Shown here piece by piece: positions 42,095 to 52,610 of a DNA stretch of 61,728 nucleotides. Every line of letters begins with the position of its first letter. The first letter of the stretch is position 1. The notes under the pieces are model-generated. The model had not been told where the DNA came from. It was given only the letters and a program-made list of their open reading frames with translations, and did no database searches. The stretch covers positions 1 to 61,728 of the forward strand of contig CABZOW010000001.1 of assembly GCA_902527525.1 (NCBI GenBank). Direction: 5' to 3'. The stretch is from an uncultured Alphaproteobacteria bacterium (GTDB lineage Bacteria > Pseudomonadota > Alphaproteobacteria > HIMB59). Made by a program: the position numbers and the translations under genes.

Positions 42095-43068
42095 AAATAC
42101 ACCTCAGTGAATAATTCTTTAATATCTGGGAGAGGTGAGTCTAATGAAAATTTTTCAACATCTCTAATTTGTTTTTTAATATCACTTTCAATATCTTTAA
42201 TAGTATCTTCTTCAAAATTATACTCTTTTAATAAACTTTCTTTCATCATTAGCACCGGGTCTATTTCTTTCATTTTGTTTACTTCATCTTTTGTCCTATA
42301 AAGACCAGGATCAGACATTGAGTGGCCTCTGAATCTGTAAGTATCCATTTCAATAATATATGGTTTGGAGTTTTTATTAATGTAATCTCTTGCTCTTATG
42401 GCAGCATCACTTACTGTAAAGAAGTTCATTCCATTTACCTTTTCACCTTTAATGCCGAACACAGTAGCTCGTTCAAACAGCTCATTTCCTGCTGCTGATC
42501 TACCTATAGATGTTCCCATTCCATATTTATTATTTTCAATGATAAACAATATAGGTAGCTCCCATAGCGATGCTAAATTAAAAGCTTCAAATACTTGGCC
42601 ATTACTCATTGCTCCGTCACCAAGATAGACCCTAGAAATTTTTTTTTCATTTCTATATTTATGAGCAAAACCAATACCAACACCTAACGGTACTTGAGCA
42701 CCAACAATTCCATGTCCACCATAGAACCTGTTAGCTTTAGAAAACATGTGCATAGAACCACCCTTACCTTTTGAAATCCCATCCTTTCTTCCAGTTAATT
42801 CTGACATAACTGATTTAGGATCTACACCACGAGCTAATATATGCCCATGATCTCTATATGCTGTGATAACAGTGTCTTCTGAATTGATAGAGGAAAGAAT
42901 ACCTATTACAACCGCTTCTTGACCAATATACAGATGACAAAAACCTCCAATTTTTCCAGCACCGTATAATTGTGCTGCCTTTTCTTCAAATTTCCTAATT
43001 AAAAACATTTTTTCATAAAACTTTAATAGCTGGTCATCGGAGAAAGAATTACTTATTTTTTTATTCAT
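42091..43068 (-). CDS. pdhA: Pyruvate dehydrogenase E1 alpha
   Basis: GFCHLYIGQEA, GKGGSMH, GDGA...NN TPP motif and YR..GHSMSDP. Confidence 0.97.
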   Translation of the reverse strand: MNKKISNSFSDDQLLKFYEKMFLIRKFEEKAAQLYGAGKIGGFCHLYIGQEAVVIGILSSINSEDTVITAYRDHGHILARGVDPKSVMSELTGRKDGISKGKGGSMHMFSKANRFYGGHGIVGAQVPLGVGIGFAHKYRNEKKISRVYLGDGAMSNGQVFEAFNLASLWELPILFIIENNKYGMGTSIGRSAAGNELFERATVFGIKGEKVNGMNFFTVSDAAIRARDYINKNSKPYIIEMDTYRFRGHSMSDPGLYRTKDEVNKMKEIDPVLMMKESLLKEYNFEEDTIKDIESDIKKQIRDVEKFSLDSPLPDIKELFTEVYL

Positions 43069-43071
43069 GTT

Positions 43072-43359
43072 TTAATCTAGTTTTAGGATTGTCTCACCAT
43101 CTTGAATATTTGGGTTATTCTGTTTAGTAATTTCATCAATGTAATCATCTTTATTAGAATAGAAAGAGTGTAAATCTATATTAATATCTAACATTTTTTG
43201 ATCGAGATTAGATTGCAATTTTTTGTACATTTTTTCTTCAAATTTATAAATTAAGTAGTTTCCAATATTAAATTTTCCATAAACTGTATGATATATAAGG
43301 TAAATCAATACAAAAACAAAAAAGAAATTAATTAAACTACTAGCTTTTAAAAACTTCAC
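43072..43359 (-). CDS. ftsB: FtsB/DivIC-like septum formation initiator
   Basis: Single TM, G..G motif, coiled coil, DYIDE...GE. Conserved position between eno and pdhA. Confidence 0.65.
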   Translation of the reverse strand: MKFLKASSLINFFFVFVLIYLIYHTVYGKFNIGNYLIYKFEEKMYKKLQSNLDQKMLDINIDLHSFYSNKDDYIDEITKQNNPNIQDGETILKLD

Positions 43360-44611
43360 TTAAATTACCAGCATATCCTTGAATTTTATCATTTTCTGAT
43401 ATTCTAAGTAACTGATTATATTTTGCAACTCTATCCGATCTGGCCAAAGAACCTGTTTTTATTAATGGACAACGTGATGCGACAGCTAAATCTGATATAA
43501 AAGAATCTTCTGTTTCACCTGATCTATGAGACATTATAGAAGCAAAATTATTTTCTGTAGCTAATTTAATAGCCTCTAGAGTTTCTGTTACAGTACCAAT
43601 TTGATTTAATTTTATTAAGATACTATTAGCTTGCTTCTCATCGATTCCTGTTTTTAATTTTTGTATATTTGTGACAAAAAGGTCATCACCAACTAAACGA
43701 ATTTTAGAACCAAGTTTACTTGTAATTTTTACCCAACCTTCATAGTCTTCTTCATTAAGTGCGTCTTCGATTGAAAATATAGGATATTTATCACATATAT
43801 TTTGATAAACACTGATCATTTCATCAGTAGAATAAGAGTTGCCCTCAAAGTTATATTTACCATTTGAATAAAATTCACTAGAGGCTGCATCTAAAGAGAT
43901 TTTAAAGTGATTATTAAGTTTATAACCTGCTTTTAAAATTGAGTCACATATTAGGTCTAATACATCAAGGTGAGATTTTAAATTAGGAGCAAATCCACCT
44001 TCATCACCAAGATTAGTATTAAGATATCGAGATTTTAATTCTCTCTTAATATTTGAGATAACAGAGTGTGTAGCTGATAAAGCTTCAGTTAATGAGTTAA
44101 ATCCTATTGGTAAAATCATAAATTCTTGAAAATCAACATCATTGTCTGCATGTTGACCACCATTAATTACATTTAGCATTGGTACTGGGATAATTAGATT
44201 TTCAGTACCATGTGACAGAAATACAGCACCAAAATTTGAGTAAGTCCATGCCTTATAGTAAGCAAGGCTTAAAGACAAAATAGCATTTGCGCCAAATTTA
44301 GATTTATTTTCTGTCCCGTCTAAATCTATCAAAAATTTATCAAACTCTTTAAAATCATTGAAAGACTTTTCTAAAATTATTGGTTTAATTAATTTATTAA
44401 CATTAGATACAGCTTTAAGTACACCTTTGCCACTCATTCTATTAGAATCTAAATCTCTTAGCTCTAAAGCCTCAAATTTTCCTGTCGATGCTCCTGATGG
44501 AACCATTCCACGAAAAGGATACGGGATATTTTCAAAAATTAATTCACATTCAACAGTTGGGTTTCCCCGACTATCAAAAATCTCTCTTGCTGTTATGTTT
44601 TTAAGTTTCAT
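43340..44611 (-). CDS. eno: Enolase
   Basis: DSRGNPTVE, PSGASTG, GDEGGF, VGDDL, SHRSGETED and KTGS. Confidence 0.97.
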   Translation of the reverse strand: MKLKNITAREIFDSRGNPTVECELIFENIPYPFRGMVPSGASTGKFEALELRDLDSNRMSGKGVLKAVSNVNKLIKPIILEKSFNDFKEFDKFLIDLDGTENKSKFGANAILSLSLAYYKAWTYSNFGAVFLSHGTENLIIPVPMLNVINGGQHADNDVDFQEFMILPIGFNSLTEALSATHSVISNIKRELKSRYLNTNLGDEGGFAPNLKSHLDVLDLICDSILKAGYKLNNHFKISLDAASSEFYSNGKYNFEGNSYSTDEMISVYQNICDKYPIFSIEDALNEEDYEGWVKITSKLGSKIRLVGDDLFVTNIQKLKTGIDEKQANSILIKLNQIGTVTETLEAIKLATENNFASIMSHRSGETEDSFISDLAVASRCPLIKTGSLARSDRVAKYNQLLRISENDKIQGYAGNLSEVFKS

Positions 44612-45436
44612 TTATTTTGCCGCCTTATTTATTTTATTAATAATATTTAAAAGTTTTGGCATTTTATGTAAATAAATCATATTAGGGCCATCACTTAGCG
44701 CTTTTTCTGGGTTTGGGTGTGTCTCAATAAAGAAACCTGCTATTCTCAATGAAGAAGCAGCCTTAGACAGAGGAACCACAGATTCTCTAGCACCTCCACT
44801 TTTTTTCCCCAATCCACCTGGAAGTTGCACGCTATGAGTTGAGTCAAAAATAATTGGATATCCAAATTCTTTCATAAAATGAATACCTTTAAAATCATTT
44901 ATTAAGTAATTGTAACCAAATGAATTTCCTCTTTCAGTAATAAGTATTTTTTTATTATTTTCGTTTTCAATTTTTTTAATGATATTTGAAACTTCTTGGT
45001 GAGATAAGAATTGTCCCTTCTTAACATTTACAATCTTTTTTGTTTGTGCAGCAGATTTTATCAAGTCAGTTTGTCTACATAAAAAAGCTGGGATCTGTAT
45101 TACGTCTAAAAGTTCAGCTAACTTATCTACTTGGGAAGTCTCGTGTACATCTGATGTTATAGAAATTTTTAAATCATTTTTTAGATTTTTTAATATATCT
45201 ATTGATTTATCAAAAGAAATTTTATTTCTAATAGTTTGGTCAGAACTTCTGTTAGCTTTGTCGAAACTACATTTAAATATTAAATTAAACTTTTCTTTTT
45301 TTGAATATCTTATTAATGACTTTGCAACTTGTCTAACTAAATTTTCATTTTCTAATAGGCATGGCCCGGATATTAATGTGAGTCTGTCAGTATCATTTTT
45401 GATTAACTGTTTAGATAAAAAAACTGATCTAGGCAT
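44612..45436 (-). CDS. kdsA: KDO 8-phosphate synthase
   Basis: GPC, FDKANRSS, QIPAFLCRQTDL, KKGQF, ERG and DSTHSVQ.PG. Confidence 0.96.
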   Translation of the reverse strand: MPRSVFLSKQLIKNDTDRLTLISGPCLLENENLVRQVAKSLIRYSKKEKFNLIFKCSFDKANRSSDQTIRNKISFDKSIDILKNLKNDLKISITSDVHETSQVDKLAELLDVIQIPAFLCRQTDLIKSAAQTKKIVNVKKGQFLSHQEVSNIIKKIENENNKKILITERGNSFGYNYLINDFKGIHFMKEFGYPIIFDSTHSVQLPGGLGKKSGGARESVVPLSKAASSLRIAGFFIETHPNPEKALSDGPNMIYLHKMPKLLNIINKINKAAK

Positions 45437-47048
45437 TTTTATTAATTAAACTATTTTTTATAAATGAGAAGAAAATAGGATGAGGTTTAAATGGCTTTGA
45501 TTTAAGCTCTGGATGAAACTGAACACCTAAAAACCATTTATGATTTTTATTTTCGATAATTTCCAGTAATTTTTTATCTTTAGAAAAACCTGAAAAAACC
45601 AAACCTTTTTTTTCAATAGAAGATTTATATTTAGGGTTTACTTCATACCTATGTCTATGTCTTTCGTGAATTAATTTTTTTTTATAAACTTTGGAAGCTA
45701 AGGATTTCTCTTTTATATAACAGGGATATGAACCCAGTCTCATTGTAGCTCCTAAATCATTTTCTTTGGTCCTTTTAACCTTTTGATTTTTTTTACTCCA
45801 TTCTGTCATTAAAGATATGACATTATTTGTATGCTTACCAAATTCGGAACTTCCAGAATTTTTCATTTTTAGTACATTTTTAGTGAATTCAATTATAGAT
45901 AATTGCATACCTAAACAAATACCCAAGAAAGGAATTTGATTTTCTCTAGCATACCTAATAGCTTCTATTTTTCCATTTATACCTCTATTTCCAAAACCTC
46001 CTGGTATCAAAATACCTGCAGCCTTACTCAGTAACTCTCCAACATTTTTTTTATTTATAGTTTCAGAGTCAATCCATTTTATTTTAACATTTGCTTTGTT
46101 ATGAACACCAGCATGATAGATAGCCTCATATAGGGATTTATAACTATCTTTTAAATGAACATATTTTCCAATAATAAATATATTTAATTCCTCTTTTGCC
46201 CTTGACTGTAACACTTCGAAATTTGTCCAATTTGACAGGTCTTTCTTTTTTGTAGATTTTATATTTAAACTTTTGATAACTAGGTCATCTAATTTAGATT
46301 TAGATAATAGTGATGGAACTTGGTAAATACTTCCTACATCATAAGAAGGTATCACAGCATTTGTAGGAACGTTACAAAATAAACTAATTTTTTGAATTTC
46401 TTCATACTTAATTTTTTTATTACTTCTACATACTATTATATCAGGCTGGATACCTGCATTTAATAGCTCTTTTACTGAATGTTGAGTAGGTTTCGTTTTA
46501 ATTTCACCTGATGTTTCTATGTAAGGAAGTAAAGTTAGGTGTATAAGAAGAGTGTCGAGCTGTCTTTCATTTTTAAATTGTCTTATAGCTTCTAAAAAAG
46601 GGAGGCTTTCAATATCACCAACAGTACCCCCTATTTCGCAGATAATTACGTCATCTATATTAGTTGATTTTTTAATTGAATTTTTAATTTCTTCTGTAAC
46701 ATGAGGTATTACTTGAACAGTTGAACCTAAATATTTACCCTTTCTTTCTTTAGATAAAATAGTTGAGTAAATTTTACCTGAGGAAATTGAGTCGTTTTTT
46801 GAACATTTTATATCTGTAAATCTCTCATAGTGACCTAAATCTAAATCAGTCTCGTAGCCATCGTCTGTTACATAAACTTCACCGTGTTGATATGGACTCA
46901 TTGTTCCAGGGTCAACATTTAGATACGGATCTAATTTTCGAATTTTTAATTTGATACCTCTAGCTCTGAGAAGAGAGGCTAATGATGCAGTTACTATTCC
47001 CTTACCAAGCGATGATACAACACCTCCGGTAACGAAAATTAATTTCAC
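45429..47048 (-). CDS. pyrG: CTP synthase
   Basis: TGGVVSSLGKG, DPYLNVDPGTM, GICLGMQ, ERHRHRYE and QFHPE. Confidence 0.97.
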   Translation of the reverse strand: MKLIFVTGGVVSSLGKGIVTASLASLLRARGIKLKIRKLDPYLNVDPGTMSPYQHGEVYVTDDGYETDLDLGHYERFTDIKCSKNDSISSGKIYSTILSKERKGKYLGSTVQVIPHVTEEIKNSIKKSTNIDDVIICEIGGTVGDIESLPFLEAIRQFKNERQLDTLLIHLTLLPYIETSGEIKTKPTQHSVKELLNAGIQPDIIVCRSNKKIKYEEIQKISLFCNVPTNAVIPSYDVGSIYQVPSLLSKSKLDDLVIKSLNIKSTKKKDLSNWTNFEVLQSRAKEELNIFIIGKYVHLKDSYKSLYEAIYHAGVHNKANVKIKWIDSETINKKNVGELLSKAAGILIPGGFGNRGINGKIEAIRYARENQIPFLGICLGMQLSIIEFTKNVLKMKNSGSSEFGKHTNNVISLMTEWSKKNQKVKRTKENDLGATMRLGSYPCYIKEKSLASKVYKKKLIHERHRHRYEVNPKYKSSIEKKGLVFSGFSKDKKLLEIIENKNHKWFLGVQFHPELKSKPFKPHPIFFSFIKNSLINKNA

Positions 47049-47368
47049 TGATTAGGCACTTCTGGAATCATTTCCTCTATGGACTCATCTAAGATAATTT
47101 CTTCCTGAATAGTTTCTAAATCAGTTGAGGAAGAATATTGTTTTGTAATAATTGCACCCATAAATAAACACCAAAACAAAAAACCAAAACCTAAAACATA
47201 AGTAATTTTTGTCATACCTGAAAATGAAGATTTGTTTGCAGTCATACCACCAGTCAGAGAAGTTTGAGTACCCAAACCGAGACTCCCGCCTTCAGTTTTT
47301 TGAAATAATATTATTAAAATTAAAACTACTCCAATAACGGCGCTTATAATTAAAAAAAGGTTTATCAT
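47045..47368 (-). CDS. secG: Preprotein translocase subunit SecG
   Basis: Two TMs with LFQ..EGG.LG linker; lies between tpiA and pyrG. Confidence 0.88.
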   Translation of the reverse strand: MINLFLIISAVIGVVLILIILFQKTEGGSLGLGTQTSLTGGMTANKSSFSGMTKITYVLGFGFLFWCLFMGAIITKQYSSSTDLETIQEEIILDESIEEMIPEVPNQ

Positions 47369-47372
47369 AATG

Positions 47373-48083
47373 TCATTTAAAATGTTTAATAAATGTAGAT
47401 TTTGTAGAAGCCGAGCCTACTAAAACTCCATTTAAATTTTGCAAACATAAAATATCTCTGATATTTGATAAATTTACCGAACCACCATATAAAATATTTA
47501 TTTTTTTAAAAGAATAATTTTCCAATATTTTTGATAAAAATCCCAAAATATCATCAATTTCTGAAAATTTGGGTGTTAATCCAGTGCCAATTGACCATAA
47601 AGGCTCATAAGCTAAGACGACTTCTTCGTAATTATTTGATTTTTTAAATATTTTGTTGATTTGTTTTTTTAAAAAAACTTTCGTTTTTTTTGATTTATAA
47701 ATCTTTAACGGTTCTCCAATGCAAACTATGGGTTTTATTTTATTAATTAAACAAAGATCTGTTTTTTTTTGTACTATCAAATCCGTTTCACCAAAATTGG
47801 ATCTAACTTCAGAATGTCCAAGAATACAATACTTAATCCTGTTATTTACTAAATCTTCAATATCTATAGAGCCAGTACTAGCACCTTTACCATGCAAATC
47901 TATATTTTGCGCGGCATATATATTCTTTGGATATTTAGATTTAAGATAGAGATTATAAAAGTTATTTGGACTACAAATAAGTTTGTACTTTTTTGTAGAC
48001 GGAAGCTTTGACACAATTTTAGATAAGTTCATACTTTCGGCTATATTTAAATATGATTTCCAATTAAATATTATATATTTCAT
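47373..48083 (-). CDS. tpiA: Triosephosphate isomerase
   Basis: NWK, GHSE, AYEP.W.IGTG and LYGGSV. ATG at 48083 preferred to the 48140 track start. Confidence 0.93.
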   Translation of the reverse strand: MKYIIFNWKSYLNIAESMNLSKIVSKLPSTKKYKLICSPNNFYNLYLKSKYPKNIYAAQNIDLHGKGASTGSIDIEDLVNNRIKYCILGHSEVRSNFGETDLIVQKKTDLCLINKIKPIVCIGEPLKIYKSKKTKVFLKKQINKIFKKSNNYEEVVLAYEPLWSIGTGLTPKFSEIDDILGFLSKILENYSFKKINILYGGSVNLSNIRDILCLQNLNGVLVGSASTKSTFIKHFK

Positions 48084-48114
48084 AGGATTAACTGATATCA
48101 AAATACTGAGATAA

Positions 48115-49656
48115 ATGAAAACTAAAAAATTAATTGTCATTATATTTAGTGCTGCACTTGGAATAAGTTTCTTGTTTATTGGATTTGGATCTTATGTTGG
48201 TAAGACATATGTTCTTAAAGTAGGAAATCAAAAGATATCATCTGTTGAATTTTCTAGAGCATATGAGAACTATAAATCTGAAAATAACCTTTCTAACCTA
48301 TCAGAACAAGAGGAGTTATTCTCAAAAGTTCAATTCACAAATCAATATGTAAATGAATTAGTATTTATTAATTACTTAGACGAAAAAATTAGTATTAGTG
48401 ATAATTCAAAAAAAGTAGTTTTAAAAAAATCACTAAATAATGATGAAATGTTCAGAAATTTAGACGAAGCATCCCTTCAAAACTACCTAAAAGAAATTGA
48501 AGGTAACATCTATATAGATTTATTTAATAATAGTCTTGATGCACAGCGCTTAGTAAGTAATGAGATTAATCCAGAACTTCTCATAGAAAAAGAGTTGAAT
48601 ATTTACGAAATTAAAAGAGATAATAGTCTGATTAATTATCAGCTAGAAGAAGAGTTTTACGCTGATAATGAATTATATGAAATCACAATAAACGAAATAA
48701 GTCTGAGAAAATATATACTAGAAGAAATTATAACCGATGCAATTATAGAGAATTATTATAATGAAAATATTACTACTTTTCTTGAGCCTAGAAGTTATAC
48801 ATATGAACAAATAATTTTAGAAAATAAAAGGGATGAAAGTTTTGTAAAACTAAAAAATATTAATAATTCTCAATTTAAATTATTTGAAGAAGTTAATGAG
48901 AAATTAATTTTACCTCAAGTGCTTGATAATTTAAAAAAACTTAATATTGGGGATGAAAGTGAAAGTATTAAGATTGGTGAAAAATTCTTTTATGTAAAAC
49001 TTTTATCATTCAAGGATGAATATCAAGTGAATTTAAATGATGCTTATGAAGATATAATGAACACATTAACAGAATTAGAGATTGAAAATTTTGAAATGAC
49101 TGATGAAATAAAAAATATTGATAGTTATAGTACAAATCAAATTTTTTTCTCTAATTCTTTTAATTTCTTAGAAAATATACCAGATCAATATAATTTTATT
49201 AATTTCAATCAATCATCTGGGGAAATAAAAAAAGATAATTTTTTATTTCAATTTAATGTAAAAAAATTATTTAAAGAAGATTTACCAATAAATATTAAAG
49301 AAAAATTTTTAATTTCATTTAGTAATTATAAAAAAAATATAGATACCTCTCATGGAGATGAATTATTAAATAAAACTGGTACCGTAAAAGTAAATTATTT
49401 TACTGACTCACTCACTATTAAGAATAATTTTATTGAAGCAGTGGACTTGGAGAGAATTGTCATTATTAAGAATGATGAAAAATTAAAAGTGGTATTACCA
49501 AATGAGGTTATATATTTAGATATAAATTCAATAGGCTCTATAGACCCTTTAAATATTAAACAAAATATTGTCAATTTAATTTACTCAAATATCATAAAAC
49601 AGATAAAAAATAACATAGACATAGAAGTAGATAACGAACAACTTATTAAGCTTTAA
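48115..49656 (+). CDS. PpiD/SurA-N-like periplasmic chaperone, highly diverged
   Basis: N-terminal TM, KVG..KIS..EF...Y and YY.EN...F..P. Conserved position between tpiA and trpE. Confidence 0.6.
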   Translation: MKTKKLIVIIFSAALGISFLFIGFGSYVGKTYVLKVGNQKISSVEFSRAYENYKSENNLSNLSEQEELFSKVQFTNQYVNELVFINYLDEKISISDNSKKVVLKKSLNNDEMFRNLDEASLQNYLKEIEGNIYIDLFNNSLDAQRLVSNEINPELLIEKELNIYEIKRDNSLINYQLEEEFYADNELYEITINEISLRKYILEEIITDAIIENYYNENITTFLEPRSYTYEQIILENKRDESFVKLKNINNSQFKLFEEVNEKLILPQVLDNLKKLNIGDESESIKIGEKFFYVKLLSFKDEYQVNLNDAYEDIMNTLTELEIENFEMTDEIKNIDSYSTNQIFFSNSFNFLENIPDQYNFINFNQSSGEIKKDNFLFQFNVKKLFKEDLPINIKEKFLISFSNYKKNIDTSHGDELLNKTGTVKVNYFTDSLTIKNNFIEAVDLERIVIIKNDEKLKVVLPNEVIYLDINSIGSIDPLNIKQNIVNLIYSNIIKQIKNNIDIEVDNEQLIKL

Positions 49657-49657
49657 T

Positions 49658-51061
49658 ATGTACGTACACGGTAAAAAGGTTTTCTTAGATACTGAAAATA
49701 CAATTACAATTTACAACAAGCTTGCTAAGAAATTTACTGACGTCTCTATTTTAGAGTCTGTAATTGGAGGTGATAATAAAGGAAGATATTCAATTATTCT
49801 CTTCAATGTAAATCAAAATATAGAAATTTTTCATAACTATGCGTTAATTAATAATCGAAAGAAAATAATAAAATCACCAGATATTTACATAAAAAATATT
49901 TATAAAAACTTAAAAATCAAAACATTATATGAACAAAATATACCACTCCCTGTCTTTATTGGTAATATTTGTTTTGATTTATGTAAATTTACGCTTCCAA
50001 AATTAAGTTATGACCCAAGTAAAAATGAAATCGGAATTCCACTTGCGCACTTTGTTAAACCAACAAATTTAATAATAATTGATAATGTTCTCAACGAAAC
50101 TCACTTAATTGAGGTCTCAAATAATAAGAAATTTCCAACTAAATCTTTAAAAACTTTAGTGAGTTTACTCAAAACACCTGTTCATAAATTTAACAAATTA
50201 AATTTTAATAAATTAAATTTTAATAAATTAAAGAATTTTAAAAATCATGTAAATATGGAGGATTTTTTAAAAAGAGTAGATGAAATCAAATCAGATATTA
50301 AGGTGGGTGAAATATTTCAGGCTGTTTTATCACAAAGATTTTCTAATGAATATTTAATAGATCCTTTCAATTTTTATAGAGCATTAAGATCAATTAATCC
50401 CTCTCCTTATCTTGTTTTCTTAAACTTAAAAAACTATCAGATTATTTGTTCAAGTCCTGAAACTATGATCAAGGTAAAAAATAAAGAAATTACCTTAAGG
50501 CCTATTGCTGGAACTAGAAGAAGAGGAAAAAATGAAATAGAAGATAATAATTTAAAAAATGAATTACTTAATGATAAAAAAGAGTTAGCAGAGCATTTAA
50601 TGTTAGTAGATTTAGGTAGAAATGATGTAGGTCAAATTTCAAAAAATAATACAGTAAAAGTAACTGAACAAAATATAATAGAGTATTACTCTCATGTTAT
50701 GCATATAGTTAGCAACGTAACAGGGGAATTAAAAAAAAATTTAACACCAATTGATGTTCTTTTTGCCGGTTTACCTGCTGGTACAGTTTCGGGTGCACCT
50801 AAAATAAGAGCTCTAGAAATATTAGAGAAACATGAACTTATAAATAGAGAATTTTACTCTGGGTCAGTTTGTTATATAGATGCTAATGGAGATATGGACA
50901 GTTGTATCAACCTAAGAACAGCAATGATTAAAAATAAAAAGATATATGCTCAAAGTGGTGCAGGTATAGTTTTTGATAGTATAGCTAAAAACGAACACAG
51001 CGAGTGTATTAATAAAGCTAATGCTTTATTTGAAGCTTATAAATTGGCTCATCAAATATAA
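49658..51061 (+). CDS. trpE: Anthranilate synthase component I
   Basis: LES..GG...GRYS, FQAVLSQRF, NPSPY, PIAGTR.RG, EHLMLVDLGRND and GTVSGAPK. Confidence 0.96.
   Translation: MYVHGKKVFLDTENTITIYNKLAKKFTDVSILESVIGGDNKGRYSIILFNVNQNIEIFHNYALINNRKKIIKSPDIYIKNIYKNLKIKTLYEQNIPLPVFIGNICFDLCKFTLPKLSYDPSKNEIGIPLAHFVKPTNLIIIDNVLNETHLIEVSNNKKFPTKSLKTLVSLLKTPVHKFNKLNFNKLNFNKLKNFKNHVNMEDFLKRVDEIKSDIKVGEIFQAVLSQRFSNEYLIDPFNFYRALRSINPSPYLVFLNLKNYQIICSSPETMIKVKNKEITLRPIAGTRRRGKNEIEDNNLKNELLNDKKELAEHLMLVDLGRNDVGQISKNNTVKVTEQNIIEYYSHVMHIVSNVTGELKKNLTPIDVLFAGLPAGTVSGAPKIRALEILEKHELINREFYSGSVCYIDANGDMDSCINLRTAMIKNKKIYAQSGAGIVFDSIAKNEHSECINKANALFEAYKLAHQI
50195..50232 (+). repeat. 15-bp tandem duplication AAATTAAATTTTAAT inside trpE
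   Basis: Two exact copies (50195-50209 and 50210-50224) plus a partial third; encodes KLNFN-KLNFN-KL. Confidence 0.7.
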
Positions 51062-51630
51062 TGATTACATTAATAGATAATTACGATAGTTTTACTTATA
51101 ATCTTTATCACTGTCTGAGTAAGCATGATGATGTTTTAGTTATTAAGAATGACTTAATACTGAAGAATTTTGACAAAATAATTGATAGTAAGGGTGTTGT
51201 GATTTCTCCTGGACCTAGTAATCCATTTAATGCAGGAGAATGTCTAGATTTAGTTCACCAAATTTACTCGTTTATGCCAATATTAGGAGTGTGTTTAGGT
51301 CATCAGATACTGGGTGTCTATTTTGGAGCTAAAATAGATACTTTAAAAATACCCATGCATGGGAAAGTATCTAATATTAAAAAAATTAATGAATGTAAAA
51401 TTTATAAAAATATTAATATGAATTTTCAAGCAACGAGATATCACTCTTTGTATCTAAATAAAGATAATTTTCCTAAAAATTTAAAAATTACTAGTATTTC
51501 TGATGATGATAAAAAAATAATGAGTTTTAGACATGAATTATTTTCAATATTTGGAGTTCAATATCATCCAGAAAGTATTGAAACTGTTATTGGTTCTAAA
51601 ATTGTAGATAATTTTATGGAGTGTGTATGA
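51061..51630 (+). CDS. trpG: Anthranilate synthase component II
   Basis: DNYDSFTYN, SPGP, GVCLGHQ, RYHSL and QYHPES. Confidence 0.95.
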   Translation: MITLIDNYDSFTYNLYHCLSKHDDVLVIKNDLILKNFDKIIDSKGVVISPGPSNPFNAGECLDLVHQIYSFMPILGVCLGHQILGVYFGAKIDTLKIPMHGKVSNIKKINECKIYKNINMNFQATRYHSLYLNKDNFPKNLKITSISDDDKKIMSFRHELFSIFGVQYHPESIETVIGSKIVDNFMECV

Positions 51631-52610
51631 AATATAACATAGGTGATATAGTTACTAAGAAAAATATAAAGTATGTAATTAAATATTTATTCAATACAGA
51701 TAATATAACTCATCAGGCAATAATCATTCATCAACTTAATAAATTAATTAATGATAGTGATATACTTTTGTCATTAAGAGATTACATTTTTAAAAATTCA
51801 AATAAAATTAAGCAATATCCAAATTCTTTAGATACATGTGGAACAGGTGGAGACGGATTAAAAACGCTTAATATATCTACCTCAGTTGCAATCTTATTAT
51901 CTTCTGTTGGTATACCCATAGCAAAACATGGAAATCGGGCCGCTAGTTCATTGAGTGGCTCCTCAGATATTATCTCTGAATTAAAAATACCAAATGAGAG
52001 GCATTCAAAAAATATTATACAAAGAATTTCAAATGATAAATTTGTATATTTAAATGCACCTTTTTTTTATCCTAACTTAAAAAGAGTTGGAGAAGTTAGG
52101 AAAAAAATTGGCATAAAAACAATATTTAATTATATGGGTCCTACACTGAATCCATTAGGCGCAAAATTTCAAATATTAGGCACAATAGATAAAGGTTCTG
52201 CAGAAATTATGTCAAAAATATTGTCAAGAATAAAAAATAAAAAATTTACTATTTTTTTCTCAGAGGATGGTTTAGATGAGATAAGTATATTTGCACCAGC
52301 AATTTTTTATTTTAAAAAAGAAAAAAGTATTACAAAAAGAAAAATTTCACACATGACCTATAAAAAATACCTCACCTCAAAATTAAATTTTAAAGATATC
52401 AGAGGTGGTTTACCCTCTTACAATGCAAATAGATTGATTGAATTATTTCAAGGAAAAAAAGATAGTTACAGAGATATTACAATAATTAACTCTATTTATG
52501 CAATGCAAACCATTAAACCACATTATAAGTTTGATAGTTGCTTTGAAATTTTAAGTAATTCTTTAGATAATTCCATAGCTTTTAATCATTTAAATAAAAT
52601 TAAGAAGTAA
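51627..52610 (+). CDS. trpD: Anthranilate phosphoribosyltransferase
   Basis: DTCGTGGDG, NIST, KHGNR..SS..GS.D, GP..NP and DG.DEIS. ATG at 51627 overlaps the trpG stop. Confidence 0.93.
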   Translation: MKYNIGDIVTKKNIKYVIKYLFNTDNITHQAIIIHQLNKLINDSDILLSLRDYIFKNSNKIKQYPNSLDTCGTGGDGLKTLNISTSVAILLSSVGIPIAKHGNRAASSLSGSSDIISELKIPNERHSKNIIQRISNDKFVYLNAPFFYPNLKRVGEVRKKIGIKTIFNYMGPTLNPLGAKFQILGTIDKGSAEIMSKILSRIKNKKFTIFFSEDGLDEISIFAPAIFYFKKEKSITKRKISHMTYKKYLTSKLNFKDIRGGLPSYNANRLIELFQGKKDSYRDITIINSIYAMQTIKPHYKFDSCFEILSNSLDNSIAFNHLNKIKK

